DNA of 63,416 nt, counting the filler, from Chrysochromulina tobinii (Eukaryota): NCBI GenBank assembly GCA_001275005.1. It is 5 parts of 5 records of this genome, joined end to end, with 100 filler letters (N's around TTAATTAATTAA, not from the genome) between each part and the next. Parts side by side here need not be neighbours in the genome. Positions count along the whole stretch, not along the records: positions 34,228 to 48,371 come from JWZX01001328.1; positions 48,472 to 61,263 come from JWZX01001329.1; 3 more parts are not named here. The stretch is one strand, 5' to 3'. The position numbers and the translations under genes were made by a program. The first letter of the stretch is position 1. Every line of letters begins with the position of its first letter. The notes beneath the pieces were generated by a model. That model was not told the DNA's origin, did not search any database, and saw nothing but the letters and a program-made list of their open reading frames with translations. Shown here in pieces: positions 44,306 to 54,964 of the stretch.

Positions 44306-44882
44306 ATTGCATATGAAGCATATGAGACAAATCAAATAATGTACGATAGACGTGTTACAAGGAACGAAAAGGCGAACAGCGATTGCAAAACGTTATACCG
44401 TTGGCCCGCTGTATAAAACAACTCTCGTTATCGAGTCCATGCACCCACACATCTACATGTAAATCGCGTTATGCGTCTTTGTTTCTGCGTGCGACGTCGC
44501 AAAACTGCGAAGTCCCCCCCCTCCGATTTCGTGGCGCACTTTTCGCTCAGGAACCCGAATCCGCCTCGAGCGCGCGCTCACATCATGATTTCAAAGTCAT
44601 GCCGCTGCAATGTCAAAACCGGCTGAGCTCGGGCGGCGTGGATGCACAAGCCCGCGTTACTCCACACCATTAAAGAGATGGCGCGGCCAGGAGAATCCGC
44701 GAGAGGCCGCCGCGGCGCTCGCCACGCTCACTGCTCGGTGAGAAGCACGGCGATGGAGCCAATCGACGGGCTACGCACCGAAACGTCGCCCATCGACGCT
44801 CCGGCACGCTCGCCCATACCATCCAACGCCACGCACCATGCCCGCGCGCCTCCGACGCGCGCGCCCCGATCAACCCACCCTC

Positions 44883-46161
44883 TTGACCGAGCGCGAGCTG
44901 GCGGAGGCCAACGCGCTGCGCCGCTCGCTGCGCATCCACGTGTACGGGACGGTCGTGCCCGCGCCCGTGGAGAGCGCCGAGGACATGGCCGAGCGTCATC
45001 GGCTGCCAGCGTAACTCCGGCACAACCTTCTCGAGGCGGGCTACCACGTGCAGATGCACAGGTGGTTCCGCTGCTCATCGGCGGGCGCGAGGTGCTCGCG
45101 TGCGCGCCGACGGGCCCGGGCAAGACGGTGGCGTTCCTGATCCCGATGCTCGCGTGGCTCGGCGCCGGCGCCGGTACGACGTGATGGTGTGCACGCCGCT
45201 GCGGCTGGTGTTGCTGCTGCGCAAGGGCGCGCTGACGCTCGCGTCGCTCGAGTACCTGGTGCTGGACGAGGCAGACAAGGTGTTCGAGGTCGGGTTCCTC
45301 GAGCAGTGCGACGTGGTGCTCGCCGCGTGCGATGGCGCGACGGTGCAGCGCTGCCTCTTCTCGGCGACGATGCTACCCGCGGTCGAGGACCTGGTGCACT
45401 CGGTGCTGCGGCAGCCGGTCAAGGTGGTTGTGGGAGAGAAAAACGCGGCGGCGGACACGGTGGATCAGTCGCTCGTCTTCTGCGGGCGCGAGGACGGCAA
45501 GCTTGTCGCGCTGCGCCAGATGGTGCGCGAGGGGCTGCGGCCGCCGGTGCTCATCTTCGTGCAGTCCGTCGAGCGGGCGATGCAGCTCTTCCACGCGCTC
45601 GTGTACGATGGGCTGCGCGTGGACGTGCTGCACGCGGAGCGTACGGCCGCGCAGCGTGAGGCGACGGTGAGCAAGTTCCGCGCCGGCCAGGTGTGGGTGC
45701 TCATCGCGACGGAGCTCGTGGCGCGCGGCATGGACTTCAAGGGCGTCTCGCTCGTGATCAACTACGACTTCCCGCAGACGACGACCTCGTACATCCACCG
45801 GATCGGGCGCACGGGGCGCGCGGGGCGCGCGGGCAAGGCGGTGACGTTCTTCACCGAGGCGGACGTGGAGCAGCTGCGCTCGATTGCGAACGTGATGAAG
45901 GCGAGCGGCTGCCCGGTCGCCGACTGGATGCTCAAGCTCAAGCCGATGGCCAAGGACGAGCGCCGGCGGCGCGCGGTGGCGCCCATTGCGCGCAAGCCGA
46001 TCGCGAAGCGCCCGCGCGCGGCGGCGGCGCCGGACGCGGCGAGCGGCGGTGGCGCGCCGCCGGATGACGCCGAGGCGGCCGACGAGGGCGAGGCGGCACG
46101 GCCACGGAAGCGCAAGCGGACCACGGGACGAGAGCGCGCGGCGCAGAGGGGCGAGCAGTAA
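44883..46161 (+). pseudogene. ROK1: DEAD-box helicase DDX52/ROK1-like pseudogene
   Basis: Motifs CAPTGPGKT, CTPLRL, LDEAD, FSAT, PPVLIFVQS, ARGMDFKGV, YIHRIGRTGRAGR. In-frame TAA at 45012-45014, frameshifts near 45058 and 45170, and the motif Ia region is missing. Confidence 0.8.
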
Positions 46162-46238
46162 AAACATAGAGAGGATCGAGTCATAGCATGGGCGTGTATA
46201 GCACTCTAGGACGCGAGTTTTTGAAGGACGCAAACCAA

Positions 46239-46302
46239 GGCGCTCGGCCGAGGCGCTCAAGAGCACGCCGGCGAGGCGTGCCGAGCGCCTCGGCCGAGCG
46301 CC
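46239..46302. repeat. Perfect 20-bp GC-rich inverted repeat (hairpin)
   Basis: ggcgctcggccgaggcgctc (46239-46258) and gagcgcctcggccgagcgcc (46283-46302), plus inner stem gcacgcc/ggcgtgc. Confidence 0.8.
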
Positions 46303-46327
46303 GGCACCCACGGGGCTGAGCAGGGGC

Positions 46328-46784
46328 TAGAGCACCCTAACGTTAGATTCGAGTTCTAACGTTAAGGAAGCGTTAATTTTTTTCCTTAACGTTGTTTCAT
46401 GTTAATGTTAATGATGAAAGGCTTGTTGTTGTTGAACGTTAATAACACTGTTTTGCACTTTTTCTTGTCAAAAAGGAGGTCAAAAAGGCCCCGAAAATTA
46501 CCAAAATGGGTCAAAAAGGAGGTCAACAGGGGTCAAAAATCTTACCATAGATCGCGTATGGGTCAAAACGCAGGTCGAATAGGGTAAAAAATCTTACCGA
46601 AAAGGAGGTCTTACCCAAAATGGGTCGAAAAGGAGGTCAAAAAGGGTCAAAGATCTACGGGAGTTGTTAATGTTAACGGAAAACCCTTAACGTTAACGAG
46701 TTGTTGTTAATGGTTCCTATTGTTGTTATGTTGTTAGTGTTAAACACTTCAACAATGTTTGGTCCTTAACGTTAGGGTGCTCTA
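46328..46784. mobile_element. Non-autonomous hAT-type DNA transposon (MITE), 457 bp
   Basis: 18-bp perfect TIRs tagagcaccctaacgtta / taacgttagggtgctcta; 8-bp TSD gcaggggc at 46320-46327 and 46785-46792; AT-rich interior with taacgtt and aaaaggaggtc repeats. Confidence 0.9.
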
Positions 46785-46959
46785 GCAGGGGCGGGGTGCG
46801 GCGACGGGTGCAGCCGAGTGCACCAGTGCATCGGCCCGGCGGTCTGATGGCCTAGCGTGGGTCTGATGGCCTAGCGTGAGGCGGCGGCTCGTCCGGAGCG
46901 CGCGGAGCGCCGCCGTGTGCTCGGAAGCGGGCGTGGTCTCGTCGTGGCGTGGGTGGACG

Positions 46960-47385
46960 TGGGGGTCGCGTCGGGGGCGCGGTGACGGTGCGTGGCGGCA
47001 CGCGCGCACGCCGGATCGTCGGTGGGCTCCGTCGCGGTGCGTCTCCTGTCGATTGGTTCGGGCGGCATTGGCTCGTGAGGCATTCGTGCGGCATTCGTGC
47101 GGCAGCTCGGAGGAACAAAAAGTGCGCACGCCGGATCGTCGGTGGGCTACGTCGCGGCGCGTCTCCCGTCGATTGGCTCGGGCGGCATGGGCACGTGAGG
47201 CATTCGTGCGGCAGCTCGGAGGAACAAAAAGGCGGGTCGCGTCGGGGGCGCGGTGACGGTGCGTGGCGGCGGGCGGTGTGGTGGGCGGCGTGCGCGCACC
47301 GCCGGATCGTCGGTGGGCTGCGTCGCGGCGCGTCTCCCGTCGATCGGCTCGGGCGGGGCGGCATTCGTGAGGCCGCCATTCGTGG
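46960..47385. repeat. Degenerate tandem subrepeats (120-170 bp period)
   Basis: Anchor cgccggatcgtcggtgggct at 47009, 47129 and 47300 with shared downstream blocks. Confidence 0.75.
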
Positions 47386-48371
47386 GACAGTCGCGGGCGC
47401 TCGGGCGAGGAAAGAGGCGGCGAGGATCAACTTGTGACGCCGCCGGTAAGTTTTGAAACGGTTGCAACCCTACCCCTCGCGTTGTGTCTCGGAATACTGA
47501 AAATTGCGGCTCAACGACGTCCATACCGATCTCGCGCGTGAGCAGCCCCGCAGGTAGTATGAGAAGAGAAGCGCAGTCGGCCGCTGAAAGGCGGCCGGCG
47601 CGTTTCGTTCTCTCCCTGCGTTCGGCGCAAAGACAGAGCGACCCTCGCGATTGCGGCTTCTGACGGCGGTGCGTGCATGCGCGACGCCCGAAAGAGGAAA
47701 GCTGTGATTTCGTGAGGTGTCGCAGGGTTTTCGGACCCTGACCACTGAGAGCTCCCGCGGCCGCCCTGTATGGGGCGTGCGAGCTGGGCAGCGCCTCTGA
47801 GGTAGATCGGAACAGTTACCCTCTGGGCAGCTTTCCTTGTGAGCCCTCGTATTGCGGCGCGCGGGTGTGTCCTGTCCACCTCTCGAGAGAGAGGCGTGGC
47901 CGGGTCGCTCTCGCGGCCGCATCGTCGGTTGGCGGTGGCGCCTCGAAGTGCGCGCGAATTGTTTGAGTTCGATCGGTCCGCAAGGGTCTGATCGTCCTCG
48001 ACCGAAGCGTGTCGCATCTGCTGATGCGCCTCCGCCGCTGAGCGACGGTGTCTCGAGTGGACGCTAGTTCTGCCGCTCGGGCTTGGGTGCGCTTCAATGC
48101 GCGTTTGGGCTCGGGTCGTGCGGGAAACGTCCTGCCTGGTGCTCCTCGCAAGAAGAGCGCCGGGCGTCGTGGGTGAACCTTCTCTCGTGCGTGCGATTTA
48201 GTTCGCACGCTTCGAGGAAAAACGCACCACCGGCAAGTCTCCGTTTCGCCTCGTCGTGTGGGTGGTAAAGACGGGCTCTTTTCTCGAGCCCTGTCTCGCT
48301 CCCCGCGTCGTGCGCGTGCGTCTGATGCTTGTGGGTTTGCGCGTGGTCTTTAGACCGTGCGCACTCTCCTC

Positions 48372-48471
48372 NNNNNNNNNNNNNNNNNNNNNNNNNNNNN
48401 NNNNNNNNNNNNNNNTTAATTAATTAANNNNNNNNNNNNNNNNNNNNNNNNNNNNNNNNNNNNNNNNNNNN
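48372..48471. other. Artificial contig linker
   Basis: N44-TTAATTAATTAA-N44. Confidence 0.97.
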
Positions 48472-50267
48472 ACCGCCGCGCCCGCCCTCCGACGCCGCCG
48501 CCCTCGACGCCACCGCCGCCGCCCTCGAAGCCGCCCGCACCCTTCATCCCGATGAGCGTGGGGGCCGGCCTCACGAGCGCCGCCGATTCACAAACGGGGA
48601 TGCTCATCGGTATCATCGCCGCCGCCGGCGGCGCGCTCGTTGTGTGCACCATCTGCCTATTCGTCTACTACCGCCGCAAGGCCAAGAGCAAGCATCGCGC
48701 CAGGACGGGCCACTCGACCAACTCCACCAAGAGCCCCACGAAGGGCGCCACCGAGCTCTCACGGATCGAGAGCCCCACGAAGGAGCCGATCAAGGTCAAT
48801 GTCAAGCTCATCCCCATGTCCGAGATCGAATTGGGCGAGCAGCTGGGCACCGGCGCCTTCGGCATCGTCTACAAGTGCACGTTCCAAGCCACCGCGTGCG
48901 CTATCAAGAAGCTGCACTCAAAGGAGGAAAAGTCGGAGAAGCTCATCCAGGGGCTCATGGACGAGTTCCACGTGATGAGCTCGCTCCGCCACCCGAACGT
49001 GCTGCTCACGCTCGGCATCGCCGAGGATTTCCTCGAGGGCTCCAAGGGCATCGTCATGGAGCTCATGGAGGCCTCGCTCGCCGACGTGCTCCACTCCTCC
49101 GCCTTCGATCAGTACGCCACGTGGGTTGGCTCCTTCTACTCCGTCGCCTCGGATGTGGCCAACGGCATGGCCTACATCCACTTCAACAACATGCTCCACC
49201 GCGACCTCAAGCCGGGCAACGTGCTCCTCGACGCTCAGTGGGTGGCCAAGATTGCCGACTTCGGCACCACCTTCGATGCGACCGAGAAGGCGGCGGGCTC
49301 GGACGGCGGCGACATCCAGGGCACGCCGCCCTACATGGCGCCCGAGATCGTGAGGATGGGCGTGTACGACAAGCCGGTGGACGTGTGGGCCTTCGGGTGC
49401 ATGCTTGCGCACATGAGCACCAAGCGCGCTCCCTACTCGTGGCTCACGCACATCGAGACGCCCAAGCAGCTCATCGAGGTGGTGCGCAGGAGCGAGTACT
49501 CGCCGCTCGAGATGATGATGGAGTGCGGCCCCTTAACCTGCCCCGAAAAGATCAAGCAGCTTGCCAAGAAATGCTGCCACCCAACGCCCTCGTCCCGGCC
49601 CACATTCAACGCGATCTCGTTCATGGTCACCGCCGCCATCCCCCAGGGCGCAGATCCGCGCCCCGTGGCGCGCATCAAGAACAAGCGCCCGGTGAAGCGC
49701 GCCTCGCTGGCAGACATCGTGCAGCAGAGCGGCGCCGAGAGTGATTCCGGCAGGTCGAAAACGCCCTCAGATGGGGATCGCGCCTTGGATATGCAGAAGT
49801 CGTTCCGCGACAAGTTCAGGGGCCGCTCCAAGAAGAACGAGCTCAGCACCTCGACCTGGAGCGACAAGTCGTACCGCGCGGGCAACACGTCGACCTGGAG
49901 CGACAAGTCGTACCGCGCGGGCAACGTAGAGACCTTCCAGTCCACGGTCCTAAACTCCACCTACGTGCCACATGATGGAAGGTCCACTGAGACCTACACG
50001 CCTGACAAGAATGCGCCGGAAACGATGCCCAAAACGGCCGGCAGCGGTGCGGGCAGCTCGAGTGGCGCTGGTAGCTCTAGTGGTGCTGGTGTGCTCGGCG
50101 CCACCGTCACGCCCGATTCGTTGTCCCGAACTTTTGGGAACACCTTTGGGAACACCTTTGGGAACGTCTTCGGGGCCACGCTCCTCACCACCTTCACGCC
50201 CGGCTCGGCCGCCTCCACGGCCGACAAGACCAAAGGAGGCGATGTCGATGATGAGACCATGGTTTAG
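48472..50267 (+). CDS. Receptor-like TKL-group Ser/Thr protein kinase, 5'-truncated by the contig edge
   Basis: Pro-rich stalk, TM MLIGIIAAAGGALVVCTICLFVYY, LGTGAFGIVY, AIKK, HRDLKPGNVLL, DFG, GTPPYMAPE, DVWAFG. Confidence 0.92.
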
Positions 50268-51480
50268 TTCCACGTAACCGAACGTCGGTGAAGTTCTGAG
50301 CTGCCAGCTCAGAACTCCTCAAGTGTGTGCCAGCTCAGAACTCAAGGGTGTGAACTCCTCGAGTGTGTGCCAGCTCAACACAGCTCTGAGCACGTAATGA
50401 ATCAGGGACCGGCCGCATATCATCGCATCGCATCTCCGAGGGGTTATGGCGTGTGCTACGCACGCTGACGGAGGCGATATGGCACCGGCCGCATGCAAGG
50501 GACTCCCGGGGATGACAGCCTGACTGATGAAAGCTCAGCAAAGTGCTCGCATGGAGGCGACACAGGCTTTTTCGTTGACCAACGTGTGCGAAGGAGGGGA
50601 TGAGTGCAACACAGGTGTGCGCAGTGAAGAGCCCCACAACGTGAAGGGGGAGAGGTGCGACCGACCTGGGGGAGAGGTGCGACCGACCGAGTGTGTCTTT
50701 GTGTGCGCGGTAGATTTCGCCGTCCATGTGCGGTGTGTGCTGTCCGCGGTGGGTGCGCGGTGTGCGGTGCACTGCGGTGTGCGGTGCTGGTGCGGTGTGC
50801 GGGGTGCGGGGTGCTTCACACTTCCAAGGGATGTTAAATAAGAAACACAAACAGCCCCGAGCGCGGAGCGCCGAGCCCGCCCGCGCTGCGGAGGACGGCG
50901 GCGCCTGGCGGGCGCCTCGCCTGTGCCCCGCCGCGGGTATCGCCCGCGTCCGCCTGTCCGGCGTCCGGGCTCCGCGGTCGTGGGCTGCGCGTTACCGTCG
51001 CCGGTGTATGGGCAATGTGGGGGCCGAGCCTCACTTACACTTTATAAATGGTTGCAAACTAGCGCGAACTTAGGAAACGTAAGGCCCGTCACCAGCGCGT
51101 CTGTCCCTCGTCCTCTGAGCGAGTCCCTTGATTGTGGTCGTGTGAAGCGCCGAGAGACGGTGACGTTAAGGCGGGTCGGGCGGTGTCGTGCGGTCACTGG
51201 TTTGACCCGCGGTCGGTTGGGAAGTCAGTTTTCCGGAATTCGGGTCGATCTGACCCGACCTTCTGTGAGGTGTTGCGCCCGTTAACCCATTAGAGATTAG
51301 TACGTTGCGCCATCGGGAAGTATGCGAATATTCTGGTGAACGATTTTTGCATTTTCTCTTACACGCTCCACTCCTGCGACCCAGACCTCTGACAGCCCTC
51401 TTACTACGTTACTAGCGCGTCGACCACCGCTGTCTCTGCGTATCAACGTGGAGAGGACGGACGCTTCGGACGCACCCCTC

Positions 51481-52184
51481 TCACAGCTCCACCTTGTAGG
51501 GCCGCAAGCCCTTCGGGCCGCTGAACTCCTCCCACGTCACGTAACCGTCCCCGTCCTTGTCCTCCCTCTTCAGGAGGCCGGGCAACAGCTCCGTGAGACT
51601 CGCGTTTCGCTTCTGGAGGTCCGCCAGAAGCTCCTGGTGGCTCAGCCGACCATCTCCATCGGCGTCTATTCCAACGAACACGTCGTCTTCAATTGGGGGC
51701 TTCTTGACGCTCAGCAGCTCCATGTCAAAATTGAGCGTCGCACCTATCGGAGTGTCGTTGCCGGCCAACACATCTGGTATGCCCAACGCAGGCGGAACCA
51801 CCAGGGTGAACTTGGCGCCTTGGCAGAGTCCGATGAGGCCCTTATCCCAGCCTCGAATGACCATGCCGACGCCGATCTTGGTTTCAAAAGCGCCTTTTCC
51901 AGGTGCGAACAGCGTGTCGAACTGCTTACCCTTCACGCCCGTGGCCGACGATTCATCCTACGACAAGATCATACGACAAGCAGTGAGAAGCAGCGGGTGC
52001 AGTGCTGGCTCGAGAAAGGGCTCGAGAAAAAGCTACGCACGATGGTTCCGATGTAGTGCATGGTTATGTTGTCACCACGCCGGACCTTATGGGCGGCATC
52101 ACACTCCTTGGGGCCGTCCTTGTGCATAACGACGAGCTCGGTGGCCGATGCGGCTGCAGCAAGCGCAATCAGCCAAGGCGGCAT
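51481..52184 (-). CDS. ER-luminal FKBP-type peptidyl-prolyl isomerase with EF-hands (FKBP7/14-like), 2 exons
   Basis: Exons 52184-52041 and 51957-51481; signal peptide, MHYIGT, VIRGWDKGL, DADGDGRLS, DKDGDGYVTWEEF, C-terminal KVEL. Confidence 0.92.
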
Positions 52185-52782
52185 TTTGATTGTGGCGCTT
52201 CAAGTAGGATTCCTCCGCCGGCTTCATATTTCGGCGGCTCCGGATTCTCCTTTTCGGATCACATCAAATACGCACAATCAACCCGACCCAGCCACGCGAG
52301 CGCCGGGCCACGTCACGAAAAAACGACTTCGCGAAACAAGTGATTGTCCGAAAACAGGAAACTCACAAACTCGTCTCTTTCCTCTACAATTTGTAGTCCG
52401 TCCCTCTAGAGACGCTGAGACGGCCAAATCGCCCCCATTGCACGCAGGGTCAGCTCATGAGCAGAGTCGTGCCGAGGTGCCGTCAAAATATGTGCCCAGT
52501 ACACGCGGCGTTTCGCACACGATGGCACGCTCAGAGAAGCCAAGCGAGGTGCCAAGCTGCCGAGCTGCTGTAAGATACGACTCCAGGTGAGTGAAGCAAC
52601 TTCTTCGAGACTCTGCCCGTCGGCTGCGCACGCGCCTGAACTTCAGTCTCCACATTTTTACCAACCGGACTCACCCAGATATTCCGCCTCGACCAGTACT
52701 TGGTAAATCTGCGTTCACTTGGATGGCCTCATGGACCTGGCGATTGATCGGCGACTTCAGCATGTCCAACTCGCGCAACACC

Positions 52783-54701
52783 TCAAAGTGCGGAACGCGC
52801 GCCGTGTATCTGGCGAACGCCTCCCCATCTGCACACACAAAACAGGCAGGGGAAGTCAGTTTTCAACGCGTTAGGCGCAGGTTCGTCGTGATACGCACAG
52901 AAGCGATGGGAGCATCGATTGAATGGCTCGATTTCGCTCTGTATGAATGGAACATGGGTGACGCCAATGTTGGTCCGCCATCGCTTGCCAGATGCATCGC
53001 CAGTCTGCTCAGCCGCCATCTCAAATGCATGCTCCAACGAAAACATGGACGTGTCCAAAAATAGCACATGGCTGAGCTGATCGAGGCGATCAAACGCCTG
53101 TCGAATGACTCCATCGCAGCCGACCTCGAGCATCGTCTTCTCCACACGCCTCGCACGATCGACTAAGCATCCAGTGATCTGCAACAGCTTGAGCCGCTGC
53201 GCAGGGCACAAACCGGCCAGGGCGGCTTCAAGCTCAGCGTATGGGGCGTCCGGAGCCACTGCAGCCACAGATTTGGCCGTCTTATCGAGGTCGGCAGCCC
53301 ACGTATGTTTGGAGCACGACCAACGCGACGACGCTGCATTCTGTGCTGGTGCATTGGCGCTCACGTCATTTGCCGCGAGCAGTTCCGCGTTGTGCCTGAG
53401 GAACTCGTGTTTCAACCGAAACCATCCTTGCTGTTGACGCATGTCCTTGGATGTCACCAGAGCGAGCATCAACTGTTGGCAGAGCAGTTGCCACGGCCCT
53501 GCAGAGCATACGCGGCCGTACCCTCTCTTCTCGAGCGGCTGGGCGTTCCTCGCCAGCCGTGATTCTAAACCACCAGGCGGTTGTAAAGCGAGAAACCTGC
53601 CGCCAGGCTTTGGAATTTCCGAAACTTCGTCGTCGATGCAAACGGGTCCCTCATCGTTGATCAGCTTGAGGGCGTCTTGGAACAAGAGCATCTCGGGCGA
53701 GAGCCGATAGTAGAGCTGACGAGGCACCGCGGAGGCATGGTGCCAATAGTTGAATTGAGAATGCGCGAGAACGAGCGGTGACCGAAGGATGGTGAAAGAT
53801 CGGAAGCGCACGTTGCGGCCTGAGACAGCTTCGTACTCTCTGATGGTGTTCAGCAGTTGTCGGGGCGCGCCCCTGAGATACGAGCAGACAGGGGGGGAGG
53901 GCAACTTGATGCCGTGAACGGGTTGCAGGCGGACGCGAGTTGTGAGGGCGCGTGCGCTCACCAATCGAGACCGCAGTGATGCTCCACAAAGATGCGCTTG
54001 AGGTTAGCCCTAAGCAACTTGATCAGTTCGCCTTGCACGGTTGGTGATATCTTTTCACAGTAGCCCGTCTTTTGCCACCTGTGCTGCTCGAACCACGATC
54101 GCACGACAGTGCCCGCCATCTTCTCCATATGCATGAAAAGGACCACTTTCTGAGGCTCGGCGAGAGATGCGGACCCGCGTGATGCACGCGCAGCAACGTG
54201 GCGCAGTGTGACGACTGGCGCGGAGAGGAATCCGTGATACTCGGTCAGAAGACGATCCATGTCACACGTAGCGTACCAAGAGCAGTCGCGTACTTCGGGA
54301 TTGACGGTGATGTAGTTGCAGCGTTCACACTTGGCGCATGCGTTCAGACACACGCGCACGGCACTTCGGAGGGAGCGTGCCGCTTGCATGGAGAGGCGAA
54401 TTGACCCACGCCCAGATGTTCGACACTCACGAAGCGATCCTGCGGTCGTGTGCCCACAGAAACCCTTCTTGGCGCCGTTGAGCCATGAATCGATGGTGGT
54501 GACGTTGTCGACCAGTAGCTTCTGGCTGATCCCGTCTCGCTGTGCTCCAACCCGCTCGTGGTCGTTGCTGCGGCCGCCACGGTCCTCATGTTGCTCCTGC
54601 CCACCAAACAGACGGCCAGATGAGGATGCAGGCGCGGCAACGCAGGCCAGCAGCACGAGAGACCAGAGCGCCGTGCTGACGCTCGGGGTGCCAGCAACCA
54701 T
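52783..54701 (-). CDS. Golgi sulfotransferase-like protein with N-terminal Cys-rich (PAN/apple-like) domain; intron 53873-53961
   Basis: Signal anchor; CLNACAKCERCNYITV...DCSWYATC; 5'-PSB-like FMHMEKMAGT; 3'-PB-like FTILRSP; splice restores GLDW-GAPRQ. 3' end uncertain. Confidence 0.7.
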
Positions 54702-54964
54702 CGCCGCCGCTGCAAGCCTCTGCGGAGACACCGTTTGCACCTGGAGTGGCCGCCTCACGGCGTCTCGAAATCGTCCTCGCGTTCGCGCAACGTGCTCGTT
54801 TAAAGTTGCTCGATTTCCATATTCGGGTTTGTGAATTGCTACGATTGTGGGGAAATTTAATGAACGGATAATCAGTGCCCCGTTCGTCTGTAGTGTTTAC
54901 GTTCACACAAGAGGAATCCTGCCTTCGGATCGACCTCGCGCGCCGCGCCTGGCGGGAGCGAGCG

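Noticed and set aside
46239..46330. Helitron 3' end (hairpin plus CTAG)
   Set aside because: The CTAG is formed by the MITE boundary and TSD, so it is not an independent terminus.
49848..50170. Tandem repeats in the kinase tail (TSTWSDKSYRAGN x2, TFGN repeats)
   Set aside because: Ordinary in-frame slippage in a disordered tail, with no inserted module between copies.
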